From: Sedimentisphaerales bacterium
GTDB taxonomy: Bacteria; Planctomycetota; Phycisphaerae; Sedimentisphaerales; Anaerobacaceae
Length of the DNA: 64,000 bases
Direction of reading: 5' to 3'
Assembly: GCA_963708075.1 (NCBI GenBank)
Contig: OY970194.1
Span: 3,488,001-3,552,000 of the forward strand
In this document: in pieces, positions 19,405 through 29,795 of the stretch
Numbering within the stretch: the stretch's first letter is position 1
How the letters are laid out: each line of letters opens with the position of its first letter
Made by a program: the position numbers and the translations under genes
The notes under the pieces: model-generated
Database searches by the model: none
What the model saw: only the letters and a program-made list of their open reading frames with translations
What the model was told of the DNA's origin: nothing

Positions 19405-22400
19405 CTAGTACACGCTGGATGGTCTGCTCTCCGGCCCGTTGCCCGCGGTTTCGACCTCCTCCCACGATGGCGCACGCCAGAGGTGGAGCTGGCCTTCCGA
19501 GTTGCAGGCAGCCAGCCACTGGCCATCCGGAGAGAAGGCGACGAAGAAGAACATGGAACCTTCTCCAGGGAGTGCTACCAGCTCGCGGCAGGTAGACATA
19601 TCCCAGAGCTTGACCGCCTCACGGCCGTTGCTTCCTGTGGCCAGGCGCCGGCCGTCGGCGGAGAAGGCCACCCCATGGGCGCCCAACGTGTGACCTTTGA
19701 AAGGAGGGATCAGCGGTTGTAGCGAAGAGGTGTCCCAAATGGCCAGCGTGCCATCCTCTGAGACACTGGCGGCCCGCGTGCTGTCACGGGAGAAGGCGAC
19801 ACCAGACACGAGGTGGTGGTGGGCTTCGGTCCTCGTGGCGAGGAGTTGTCCGGTTCTCGGCGTCCAACCAATACACAGAGCCTGTCCCGGTGCCGGTGGC
19901 CAGGAGCCGACCATCCGGGGAGACCTTGGCAGCCATCACGCGAGATTCCCGCTTCAGCACAAAAGTTCGGGCCGGTTGCCATGTATGAGTGTCCCACAAG
20001 ACTCTCCTCCCCTGGGGGTCCACAGAGAGGAGCCACCTGCCGTCGGCGCGGAAGCCCATGGGGTAGATCGGACCATTGGGGTCGCCCAACTCCCGCACCA
20101 GGCGGCGCTCAGCACAGGACCACACGCGGACCTTCCCACCCGTGTCCCCGCTGACCAACAAGGTTCCGTCCGGCGAATAAACGACAATCCGGACGTCCGT
20201 ACCCAACGCGGGGAGCTGCTCAATCTCTTTTGCCGCTGCCGGATCGAACAACCGGACGGTCCCGCCAATCGGCAGCGCCAGTACCCGGCTGTCCGGAGCG
20301 AAGGCGGGGAAGGCCGATGCGCCCAATGCAATCAGTCTGGGCTGTTGTTCTTCGCGCCGGGGGCGGGCATCCCAGAAGGAGATGCCCCCGTCCTTGCACG
20401 CGCTGGCCAGCGTCGTGCCATCCGGCGAAAGCGCCAGTCCATAAACCTCATCCTGGCTGCCCCGAAGGGTGGCCAGACATTTTCCCTGCTCCACGTCCCA
20501 GATGCGGATGGTCTGGTCGGCGCTGGCCGAATACAGCCGCAGACCGTCGTTCGAGAAGGCGAGTTGGCAAATCCAGGAAGTGTGCCCCTCGAGGGGACTC
20601 AGCAGTCTCCCCGAGGCAGCATCCGAAAGTCGGATGGTGCCGCTTGTGTAGCCGCTGCCACTGGCAATGACCGAACCGTTCGGCGACCAAGCCACGGCGC
20701 TGATGGGTTCTGGATGCGCCTCCGGGATGTCGAAAATCCTATCCCCCATGGCGAGGTCCACTGCCTGCAGGCGACGTGCGCCATCACCAATGGCCAGGAC
20801 CTTCCCGTCAGGCGAAAAATCCAGTCTGCCTGCGTGCATGCCCAAGTTCTGAATCGCTAAGCCGGGAATCCGGCGAACGACGGTCCCTTGGTCCACCGCC
20901 CACACGATGGCTTCGCCTGGACGGCTCAGGCTGGCCAGACGGGTCCCATCACGCGAGAAGCCGAGGGCATGCACGAGACCGTCAAGGGCAAGCTGACGGA
21001 CGAGATCCCAGGTGTCGGTCCGCCAGAGTCGGACCTGGCTGCCGACGCCTGCCGCCAGCAGATTGCCTTGGGGCGAGAAGGCCACTACATGGCCCTCGTT
21101 CAGCACCAGGCTCACCATTCGCCGCCGACCTGGCACATCCCAGATATCGACAAATTCCCGGGTCATTCCAGCCACGGCGAGCGTCTTGCCGTCGGGAGAA
21201 TAGGCCAGCGAGTGGGCCGAGGGTGGGTAGCGGCAGAGCTCGCCGAGCGCATCGCTGCGGCACTCCCGCCACAGGTAGCGCCACTCCCAGCCCCGCAGAT
21301 CGGCCTGGCCCGGGCGCGGTCGATGGGCCTCCAGCAGCCGCCGGGCGCGACCCAGGTCATTCATCGCCAGCGCCTGCTGCGCGAGGCTCATGTCGGAAGC
21401 ATAGGCAAGTTGGCGCGCGGTCATTTCGTTGGCCTGCGCCTGCTCGCGCTGGTGACTCTCCGCTCGTTTCGCCTGAGTCGCCCGAACCGCCTGCCAACTG
21501 CTCACTAACGCTCCAAGCACTAGCACCGCTGCCACAACTGCGGCGGCGGCAAAGACTCCCCTGTTCCGGTGGACCAGCTTCTGGAAGCGATAGAGCGTGC
21601 CGGGCCGCCCGGCGGATACGGGCTCATTGTTCAGGTGCCGCTCAATATCCTCCGCCAAGGCATGCGCCGTCTGATATCGCCGCATCCGGTCCTTGTCCAA
21701 GGCCTTGAGTGTGATCCAATCCAAGTCACCCTGGAGTCTGCGCCGCAGGGCTCGAGGATCCGTTTGTCGCCGTCGAGCGGACTCGGTCGATTCCTCCACC
21801 GAAGTTATGGCCAGTTGCGTGCTCGGGGTTTTCGGATCATCCTCACAGATGACCTTACGGATGTGGTCAATGCTGCCTTCGCGAAATGCCTTAGGATCAA
21901 AGGGCAACACACCTGTGAGCAATTCATAGAGCACAATACCGAGAGAGTAGACATCTGTACGGGTATCAACGTCCTGATTACTCAGGTCCGCCTGCTCGGG
22001 ACTCATGTACTCGGGTGTCCCGATCAGTTGCCCCTGCTCGGTATACAAGGTCCGTTCGGTCAAGGGCTGGCTGATGGCGCGGGCGACCCCGAAGTCGATG
22101 ACCTTGGGGATCATCTCCTCGTCCTGGATCACGACGAGGATATTGGACGGTTTGAGGTCGCGATGGATGATTCCCTTCTGGTGGGCGTGCTGGATCGCCT
22201 CGCAGACGTACAGGAACAGCCGCAGCCGTTCCTCGATCGTCAGCTTGTACTTATCGCAGTGTTCGGTGATGGGGATGCCTCGGACGTGCTCCATCACGAA
22301 ATACGGTCTTCCGCTGGGGGCCAGTCCGGCATCGTAGACGCGGGCAATGTGCGGGTGCTCCATCAGGGCCAGCGCCTGCTGCTCGGCCTCGAAGCGGGCG

Positions 22401-22690
22401 AGCACGCGTTTTGAGTCCATACCGGGCTTGATGACCTTCAGCGCGACCTGTCGTTTCACCGGCCGCTCCTGTTCAGCCAGATACACTATCCCCATGCCGC
22501 CCTCGCCGAGGATGCTGAGCAGTCTATACCGCCCGATGCGTGCGCCGGGCTGCTCCAGAAACGTGCAGGCAGAGAGCGTGGGCTGAGCCTCGTGGTCTGC
22601 CTCAGGATGCTGCCACGCCTCGAACACGAGCCGGTCGAGCCCATCAGGTGCGGCGCCGAAGATCGTATCGTCATCTCTCATCTGCATCAC
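19405..22690 (-). CDS. Membrane Ser/Thr kinase with WD40 repeats (apparent +1 frameshift at ~19855)
   Basis: Kinase motifs, TM, RGWEW motif, many WD40 repeats; removing one A at GAGAACC joins VYWLDAE to TGQLLATR in ORF 19405-19914. Confidence 0.9.
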
Positions 22691-22695
22691 TCATA

Positions 22696-22720
22696 TCCGT
22701 AAGAGAGGGCTACGGCCTGC
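22696..22720 (-). promoter_or_regulatory. Putative cognate ECF promoter, cassette 2, kinase side
   Basis: GCAGG-N12-CTTACGGA overlapping the sigma stop; same motif at 23626-23649. Confidence 0.6.
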
Positions 22721-23477
22721 TCTCCTTCTTCAGGAATCGGAACATTTCGCCCAATTCTTCTTCCGCCGCCTCGCCGGACAGGACGGTCTGTCGCACGTGT
22801 TTGACCAGGATGGCCTGGAATTGCCTTTTGACGGTGCCCAGCATATTGGAAGCCTTGGTCTCATCCTCTACGTTGTAGTGCTCGCACAGCTGCGTCAATG
22901 AAGGGGCATCGAGTCCCTCCAAGCTCGGGCGTACCAGGCGGTCTCGAAAGAGCTGCCAATGCGTCTCCATGTTGTGTCCGACGTACCACTGCTTCAACTC
23001 AGAAAGGGCTCGATCCAGCAGGTCCGCCTTCCAGGCATAGTCGAAGCATTGCTCCGCCTCAAGCTCGCTCACCTCCTGCGGCAGCACGGGCGGTCGGCTG
23101 GCGTCCAGCGGGACCTGCTTGGCCTCCGGGATGCGCTTCTGCGCGGTTTCCTTGCGCTGCTCGTCCACCAGATACTGATTCAGGGCGTGGAGCAGGAATG
23201 TGCGAAAACGACCCTTCGATTGATCCGCGCGTTCGACGAGGGACCGGTTGAGCACAATCTCATGGAAGAAACCCTGGGTCAGGTCCTTGGCGGGCTCATT
23301 GCCATAGCCCTTGCGCCGAAGATAGCAGTAGACCGGCTTCCAGTATCGTTCCAGGAGTAGCCCAATCAAGGCCCGGTCCTTGTCTTCGTGCTCCTGGATG
23401 TCCCCAATGAGGGACCAATGGGTTGTGAGGAACGTCTCCCTTGCTCCCCCCATGTCTGTGCGATCACGGTACGCCAT
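22710..23477 (-). CDS. ECF-type sigma-70 factor, paralog of 16678-17451
   Basis: FLTTHWSLI, YWKPVYCYLRRKG, AKDLTQGFFHEIVL; GGAG before ATG 23477. Confidence 0.85.
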   Translation of the reverse strand: MAYRDRTDMGGARETFLTTHWSLIGDIQEHEDKDRALIGLLLERYWKPVYCYLRRKGYGNEPAKDLTQGFFHEIVLNRSLVERADQSKGRFRTFLLHALNQYLVDEQRKETAQKRIPEAKQVPLDASRPPVLPQEVSELEAEQCFDYAWKADLLDRALSELKQWYVGHNMETHWQLFRDRLVRPSLEGLDAPSLTQLCEHYNVEDETKASNMLGTVKRQFQAILVKHVRQTVLSGEAAEEELGEMFRFLKKESRP

Positions 23478-23625
23478 TTCTCCACGACCTCCAGGTCGAC
23501 CTGCCAGTCGCCGAGCACCAGCCGGCTCACATGTATCATACCGTCCGAGTGACTGCATCGGCAAGGAGGCATCGGGGGCCGAATGCATATTGCGCCTGAA
23601 TTCCTGGAATTTCTCAGGAATTCAT

Positions 23626-23649
23626 GCAGGATTCCCAATTCCTTACGGA
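23626..23649 (+). promoter_or_regulatory. Putative cognate ECF promoter, cassette 2, target side
   Basis: GCAGG-N11-CTTACGGA upstream of the LamG gene array. Confidence 0.6.
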
Positions 23650-23742
23650 ACTACAGACATCCTCATGGGCGTGTCGGGCCACAGCGAGGACGTGTCATGT
23701 GCCGGATTTCCGTATCGACAACTCTTTCGAAAGGACAATAAA

Positions 23743-23814
23743 ATGAGACGGCTTGAGTCGAACAGGAGCGTTATCAAGGTCTACTCCCGGGCCGTCAAGT
23801 CGATGAGCAACTGA
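23743..23814 (+). pseudogene. Collapsed remnant of a LamG-family gene (23 aa)
   Basis: AAGGA RBS, then MRRLESNRSVIKVYSRAVKSMSN, ending like 23908-25575 (RIYNRAVKSMSN). Confidence 0.65.
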
Positions 23815-24009
23815 CGAAACGTTGGCTTTCCCCACTGCGGAGGACGAGAATGGCTCGCGACCCCTGCTCATTTATGGCCGGCCTTCGGGCCCAAAGGAAG
23901 GTGTGAGATGAAGCTTTTTGAGATTCCGATGGTGGTAACATCCCTGATGGGCCTGGGTTTCCTCATGGGTTTGGAAGCGTCCCCGGCGCGGGCCGATTTC
24001 ACCTTTGGC
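23788..24009 (+). repeat. 222-bp direct repeat, copy 1 (gene end + intergenic + signal peptide)
   Basis: About 95% identical to 25549-25770 (about 11 mismatches). Confidence 0.95.
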
Positions 24010-25575
24010 ACGCCCACAAACCTGGGGCCAACGGTCAACAGTTCGGCTGACGATCAGAACGCGGCCATCTCGCCCGACGGACTGGAGCTCTATTATTCCT
24101 CGATGCGGCCCGGTGGGCCCGGGAACTGCGACCTTTGGGTGACGACCCGGGCAACGAAAGAGGATGACTGGCGAACCCCGGTGAATCTCGGGTCAACCGT
24201 CAACAGTTCGTCCTGGGAATACTCCCCGGATCTATCGGCCGACGGACTGAAGCTCTACTTCGTCTCCAGTCGGCCGGGTGGGTGTGGTGGTGACGACGAA
24301 TGGGTGACGACTCGGGCCACGGTTTCCAGCCCCTGGGGTACTCCGGCTAATCTTGGCCCGACGGTCAACAGTTCGGGCTACGACGGCTGCCCCAGCATCT
24401 CGCACGATGGCCTCATGCTCACCTTCAACTCAGATCGGCCCGGAGGGTATGGTGGCTGGGATGTGTGGGTAGCGACGCGGGCAACAACAAATGACGCATG
24501 GGGCACCCCCGTGAATGCTGGGCCAGTGGTCAACAGTTCCGCGAGAGAACACTGCACGGACATCTGGTCCGACGGCTTGCTGCTCTTCTTCGTCTCCGAG
24601 CGATCAGGCGGTTTCGGCCGCACTGACCTGTGGATGACGAGACGACCCACGACAAGCGATCCGTGGGGACCCCCAGTGCATTTCGAGTCGCCGGTGAACC
24701 ATTCGGGTCTCGATCATGGGCCAATCGCCTCAAGCGATGGCTCTACCTTCTACTTCAGCTCCGACCGGCCCGGCGGCTCCGGTGGCATTGACCTGTGGCA
24801 GATGTCCATCACCCCGGTCGTTGACTTCAACGGCGACGGGAAGGTGGACATCAAAGACCTGCTGAGATTGATCGAATCCTGGCGGAAGTACGACCCTTCT
24901 GTGGACATTGGCCCAACGCCGCTGGGGGATGGCGTCGTGGATGAGAAGGACCTGGAGGTCCTGATGGATAGTTGGGGCAAGCAGGTGCAAGATGGCACGC
25001 TCGTGGCCCACTGGAAGTTGGATGAGGCCGAGGGCATGACCGCCTCCGACAGTGCCGGCGGCCACAATGGCACTGTGGTGGGCATCGCCGCGTGGCAGCC
25101 TGCCGGTGGGACAGTGGGCGGGGCACTGGAGTTCAACGGGACGACATTCGTGGCGGCTGACTTTGTCCTGAATCCCGGGAAGGCTCCATTCAGTGTTCTG
25201 GCCTGGGTCAAGGGCGGCGGGCCTGGGCAGACCCTCGTCTCCCAAACGGGCGGGGTCAACTGGCTGACGGCCAATGCCCAAGGCGCCCTGACGACCGAAC
25301 TATCCAAGGGGGGCCGGTCGGGTGTGGGACTTTCGTCGCCGGTGGTCATCACCGATGGGGACTGGCATCGCATCGCTTTCACGTGGGACGGGGTGAACCG
25401 CCGGCTCTATGTGGACGGTATCTTGGCCGCGGAAGATGTGCACGACAAACTCGCAGATTCTTACGGCAAGCTAACCCTCGGTTCTGCCAAGAACATGGCC
25501 CCCGGGACCTTCTGGAAGGGCCTGATCGACGATGTGCGGATCTACAATCGGGCCGTCAAGTCGATGAGCAACTGA
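23908..25575 (+). CDS. Secreted PD40/TolB-like repeat + dockerin-like + LamG protein
   Basis: Signal peptide; repeats NLGPTVNSS...SPDGLELYYSS.RPGG; DFNGDGKVD; LamG C-terminus. Confidence 0.9.
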   Translation: MKLFEIPMVVTSLMGLGFLMGLEASPARADFTFGTPTNLGPTVNSSADDQNAAISPDGLELYYSSMRPGGPGNCDLWVTTRATKEDDWRTPVNLGSTVNSSSWEYSPDLSADGLKLYFVSSRPGGCGGDDEWVTTRATVSSPWGTPANLGPTVNSSGYDGCPSISHDGLMLTFNSDRPGGYGGWDVWVATRATTNDAWGTPVNAGPVVNSSAREHCTDIWSDGLLLFFVSERSGGFGRTDLWMTRRPTTSDPWGPPVHFESPVNHSGLDHGPIASSDGSTFYFSSDRPGGSGGIDLWQMSITPVVDFNGDGKVDIKDLLRLIESWRKYDPSVDIGPTPLGDGVVDEKDLEVLMDSWGKQVQDGTLVAHWKLDEAEGMTASDSAGGHNGTVVGIAAWQPAGGTVGGALEFNGTTFVAADFVLNPGKAPFSVLAWVKGGGPGQTLVSQTGGVNWLTANAQGALTTELSKGGRSGVGLSSPVVITDGDWHRIAFTWDGVNRRLYVDGILAAEDVHDKLADSYGKLTLGSAKNMAPGTFWKGLIDDVRIYNRAVKSMSN

Positions 25576-25770
25576 CGAAACGTTGGCTTTCCCCACTGCG
25601 GGGGACGAGAATGGCTCGCGACCCCTGCTCATTTATGGCCGGCCTTCGGGCGGCAAGGAAGGTGTGAGATGAAGCTTCTTGAGATTCCGGTGGTGGTAAC
25701 GTCCCTGATGGGCCTGGGTTTCCTCATGGGTCTGGAGGCGTCCCCAGCGCGGGCCGATTTCACCTTCGGC
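25549..25770 (+). repeat. 222-bp direct repeat, copy 2
   Basis: Matches 23788-24009 at an offset of 1761. Confidence 0.95.
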
Positions 25771-27315
25771 GAGCCGGTGAATGCCCTATCTACGTTTCCT
25801 TCCTTCGGCATAACGCACGAGAGTATCGCCTGTTTCTCCGCGGATGGCCTGGAAGCGTATCTCCAATCGAACCGTGCCGGGGGCCGGGGCGGCTTCGATC
25901 TCTGGGTTTACAAACGAGCCTCGGTCGAGGACGATTGGGGTCCGCCCGAGAATCTCGGGCCGAATATCAACAGCGCCAATTATGAGGGCTGGTCCTCCCT
26001 CACGGCCGACGGTCTGGAGCTCTATTTTGTCCGGCGGGACGAAGGGTATGGCAACGAAGATCTTTACGTGATCACGCGTACGACCCGAGACAGCCCTTGG
26101 GGCCCACCGACCGATCTGGGCCCGAACGTGAACGGCTCCTCTAAGGATAGTGAGTCTGCGGTGTCATCTGACGGCTTGGAGCTCTACTTCGCCTCCAACC
26201 GCCCGGGCGGATATGGCGCCTCGGATCTCTATGTCAGCAAGCGCGCGACGAGGAACGATCCCTGGAGCCCGGCGGTGAATCTCGGCTCGGCGGTGAATAG
26301 TCCCTCGGACGAAGGTTCCCCGTATCTTTCTCCGGACGGATTATTGCTCGTCTTCTACGATTACCTTACGCCCCGCCCCGGTGGCTACGGCAGCAACGAT
26401 TTGTGGATGACGAGGCGGGCCAGCCGTTCTGCTCCTTGGGAGCCGGTGGTGAATCTGGGACCCACGATCAACGGACCGACCCCGGAGTTAAAGCCGTGCT
26501 TTACTCCCGATGGCTCCGCCTTGTACTTCAGCCGGGGTGTCGCATCGCTCCTGAAGGCGCCGATCCTCCCCATCGTGGACTTCAACCACGACGGAATCGT
26601 GAATATCGACGACTTGGTCATTCTAATCGAGAATTGGGGCCAGACCAGCTTACAGTGCGACATTGGGCCAATGCCTTGGGGCGACGGCAAGGTCGATGCG
26701 CAAGATCTGGAGGTCCTGATGAGCCACTGGGGCGAGGAACCAGGATTGATCGCCAAGTGGAAGCTCGATGAAGTATCCGGAACTACAGCCGCCGATAGCA
26801 CGGGCACGAACGATGGCACGCTGATAAGCGGGCCGCTCTGGCAGCCGGACGGCGGGATCGAAGGCGGAGCGATACTCCTCGACGGTGTGGATGATTACAT
26901 AAGGACGCCCTTTGTACTCGATCCTGCCAGCGGGCCCTTCAGTGTTCGCGCGTGGATCAAGAACGGCTTGCCCGGACAGGTTTTCCTGTCTCAGGCCGGT
27001 GGTGTCAACTGGCTCATGCTCACACCCAGCGGCGCCTTGGCGACAGATCTGAAGCAGCCCGGCCGCCAGGGCAAACCGCTCCTATCCACTGCGATGATCA
27101 AGGACGATGTGTGGCATCAGATAGGCTTTGTGTGGGATGGCAGCAATCGCATTCTCTACGTCGACGGGGTTGAAGTTGCCCGGGATCAACAGGCAAACCT
27201 GGCCGGCTCAGCCGGTGGCCTTCACATTGGGGCGGGGGCAACTCTCGCGCCGGGCAATTTCTGGTCCGGCCTGATCGACGAGGTGCGGATCTACAACCGG
27301 GCCGTACAACCGTAA
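25669..27315 (+). CDS. Secreted PD40/TolB-like repeat + dockerin-like + LamG protein (tandem paralog)
   Basis: Same architecture as 23908-25575; C-terminus closest to 17710-19401. Confidence 0.9.
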   Translation: MKLLEIPVVVTSLMGLGFLMGLEASPARADFTFGEPVNALSTFPSFGITHESIACFSADGLEAYLQSNRAGGRGGFDLWVYKRASVEDDWGPPENLGPNINSANYEGWSSLTADGLELYFVRRDEGYGNEDLYVITRTTRDSPWGPPTDLGPNVNGSSKDSESAVSSDGLELYFASNRPGGYGASDLYVSKRATRNDPWSPAVNLGSAVNSPSDEGSPYLSPDGLLLVFYDYLTPRPGGYGSNDLWMTRRASRSAPWEPVVNLGPTINGPTPELKPCFTPDGSALYFSRGVASLLKAPILPIVDFNHDGIVNIDDLVILIENWGQTSLQCDIGPMPWGDGKVDAQDLEVLMSHWGEEPGLIAKWKLDEVSGTTAADSTGTNDGTLISGPLWQPDGGIEGGAILLDGVDDYIRTPFVLDPASGPFSVRAWIKNGLPGQVFLSQAGGVNWLMLTPSGALATDLKQPGRQGKPLLSTAMIKDDVWHQIGFVWDGSNRILYVDGVEVARDQQANLAGSAGGLHIGAGATLAPGNFWSGLIDEVRIYNRAVQP

Positions 27316-27500
27316 AGCAAATCCTTCACCTGGCATAGACAGGGGCAGGGCCGACGGATAACGAAACCGCCGGCCCTGTCTGTTCATGGGCTCCGACGCT
27401 GTCGTACCAACCCTGGTGAAAACGGGCCCGGGAGCTCGAAATCTTCATCTGTCTCCGAGAGAATACTCCCATTAACGATTCGAAACGATGGGGAGTCGGC

Positions 27501-27775
27501 ATGAGTGATGTGACACGGATCTTGAATGCCATCGAACGGGGGGACGCGAAAGCTACGGACGAACTCTTGCCCTTAGTCTATGAAGAACTCCGGCTGTTGG
27601 CCGCTCAGAAGCTATCCCATGAGGCTCCCGGTCAGACATTACAGGCCACCGCTTTGGTGCACGAGGCCTACGTCCGGCTCGTCGGGGATGGACCTGGAGG
27701 CTGGGACAACCGGGGCCATTTCTTTGCGGCGGCGGCGGAAGCGATGCGGCGCATCCTCGTGGAGAACGCACGGGG
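27501..27775 (+). pseudogene. ECF sigma factor (Rhodopirellula/Verrucomicrobium TIGR02999-type), 3'-truncated
   Basis: MSDVTRILNAIERGD...LLPLVYEELR...QTLQATALVHEAY...HFFAAAAEAMRRILVENAR, then the sequence switches to a palindrome and IS. Confidence 0.88.
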
Positions 27776-27796
27776 GGTTATGGGGTCAACTCTTGA

Positions 27797-29609
27797 CGGG
27801 CTGTTGCCGGAAGCAGCCGTGAGGGAGCGGTCATGGGTAGCAGGGGCCGGAAGGCACAGGGGTCGCTCCGCGGCGATGAATCGACTGTAGAGGCTTCAGG
27901 AAGGTCCGGAGAAGTCCTGCCGGCGTGTCCAGAATGGTCCCGAGCGTGTGTGGGGCCGGGGCGCTGTGGCCTGGAGCCTGCGAGCAGGCCCCACGAGTGC
28001 GCCGACCCGTATGGCGCAGAAGGGTTCGCAAGTTCTGCACCGTCGCAATCAGCAGATCCTGAATCCGCTGACGCCAGAGCCGACGCCACCGGGCCCGCTT
28101 GAACCCATGGTGCGTCGCCGCATCCCCGAAGCTGCCCTCCATCCGCCATTTACGACGCCGGCGGTCGCGTGTGGCCGCCCGGCTGTGCGATTGCGCCCGG
28201 GCGGCGTCGATCGCGTCCTGGTCATAGTGCCGCTTGATCGTCCGGGCGGTCCCCTTGGCGCGGGTGCATTGCTGGCGCATCGAGCACTCCTGGCAGACCG
28301 CGGCGGCACAGGCGTATTCATAGGCCTGACGCTGCTTCTTGTGCTTGCGACGTGTGAGCGTCTGGCCTGCCGGACAGCGGTAGGTGTCGCTCGTGGAATC
28401 GTAGAGAAACTGCTCGATGCCGAAGATGCCCTGCATACAGGGTTTGTTCGCCTGCGACAACGTCAGGTCCGCCATGTGGCTGTTGATCCCACGCTGCCGA
28501 CAAGCCCGGAAGTTCTCCACCGTGCCGTACTGCATGTCGGCCACCACCGTCTCTGTCGTGCAGCCGGTGTTCTGCTCGTGCTGATCCGCCAGGTCCATCA
28601 ACTTGGCGTTCTCTTCCACATCCCCGGCCGTGGTGGCCACCGCCGTGATGACGCCACACAGATCATCCACCACCCGATGATTCTTGTACCGCGCCCGGGG
28701 GCCATGGGGCCCTTTGCGAACGATGGCGGCATCCGGATCGCTCGTGCTGACCATGGAGCGGTTCTTGGGCTTATAGTACTTCTTGGTCCCGCTCGGGGGC
28801 GACTGGGTGGCAGGCACAGGAGCAGGCGTCTGGCCGCAGGGGCCCTCCCCTTCGTTGGAGGCCGCCGTGGCAGTCGCGGCAGCTGGCGAGGCAATCGCCT
28901 TCGGGACCGATGCACAGGCTTCACTCGTGGCCATAGAGCCGTCGGCGGCGGGCTTAGGCGGGGAAGGTTCAGGTTCCTGCAGTTTCGTCATCTCGCCTCG
29001 AAGCGCCTGTCGCAGACGCTCGATCCAGAGTTCCGGGCCCTTGCAGACGGAGTTGTTGGAGGCGTTGGCGTCCACCAGGCTGCCATCCATGTGTATCTTG
29101 CGTCCGTTGACCAGACCGGCCTGGACACACTGAGCGACTCCCCTGGCGAAAGCCGTCTCGAACACCTCGCTGCCCCAGCGGCGGCGGGCCTTGCTCAGCA
29201 CGCTATGGTCGGGCACCTCGCTATCGAGGTCATAGCCCAGGAACCACAGCCAGTCCAAACGGTACGGCAGGGTCCGCATCAACTCCCGCTCCGAGGCCAC
29301 ATCGTAGAGGAACAACAGCAGCATCAGCTTGAGGATCACCGGCGGCGGCACCGAGACGTTTCCCTTGACGCCGTAGCGCCTCTGGACCAAGCCGTAGGTG
29401 AACTCGAAATCCACCATCGCCCGGATCTTGCGAAGCAGATGGTCCTGTGGAATCCGCTGCTCCAGAGAGAAATCGTAGTAGAAGAGTTTGCCCGACGGCT
29501 GTGACTGTCTGCCCATCATAAGGAGTCCCTTCCTTACCACCAATTCATCAGGACTCCTAAAGTATACTCACATACTCCTGAAAAGCAAGCCTATTCCGGC
29601 AACAGCCCG
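27797..29609 (-). mobile_element. IS1182-family insertion sequence
   Basis: 16-bp perfect TIR CGGGCTGTTGCCGGAA; TTGA duplicated at 27793-27796 and 29610-29613. Confidence 0.92.
27831..29519 (-). CDS. IS1182-family DDE transposase
   Basis: IPQDHLLRKI, PDHSVLSKARRR, HMDGSLVDANAS, STSDPDA, VADMQYG, CPAGQTL, EGSFGDA. Confidence 0.92.
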   Translation of the reverse strand: MMGRQSQPSGKLFYYDFSLEQRIPQDHLLRKIRAMVDFEFTYGLVQRRYGVKGNVSVPPPVILKLMLLLFLYDVASERELMRTLPYRLDWLWFLGYDLDSEVPDHSVLSKARRRWGSEVFETAFARGVAQCVQAGLVNGRKIHMDGSLVDANASNNSVCKGPELWIERLRQALRGEMTKLQEPEPSPPKPAADGSMATSEACASVPKAIASPAAATATAASNEGEGPCGQTPAPVPATQSPPSGTKKYYKPKNRSMVSTSDPDAAIVRKGPHGPRARYKNHRVVDDLCGVITAVATTAGDVEENAKLMDLADQHEQNTGCTTETVVADMQYGTVENFRACRQRGINSHMADLTLSQANKPCMQGIFGIEQFLYDSTSDTYRCPAGQTLTRRKHKKQRQAYEYACAAAVCQECSMRQQCTRAKGTARTIKRHYDQDAIDAARAQSHSRAATRDRRRRKWRMEGSFGDAATHHGFKRARWRRLWRQRIQDLLIATVQNLRTLLRHTGRRTRGACSQAPGHSAPAPHTLGTILDTPAGLLRTFLKPLQSIHRRGATPVPSGPCYP

Positions 29610-29795
29610 TTGACGCTTGACAGGCAGGTCAAGCGTCAAGGCCCATCGAGTCCCTGAACCCACGTTGTGCGCATGCTATGGTGCACGTCTGCGGCGTTTG
29701 CCGTTCAGGCCCGATTGTTGGTGTCATCGCCGTTTGCATGGTTTTCCCTTCTTCCGGCGATGCGGGCTCGGTAAGATTGGCGCGGCGGTGTGATT

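Noticed and set aside
23788..25770. Diversity-generating retroelement template/variable repeat pair
   Set aside because: No reverse transcriptase in the window, mismatches are not confined to adenines, and the repeat covers signal peptide and intergenic DNA
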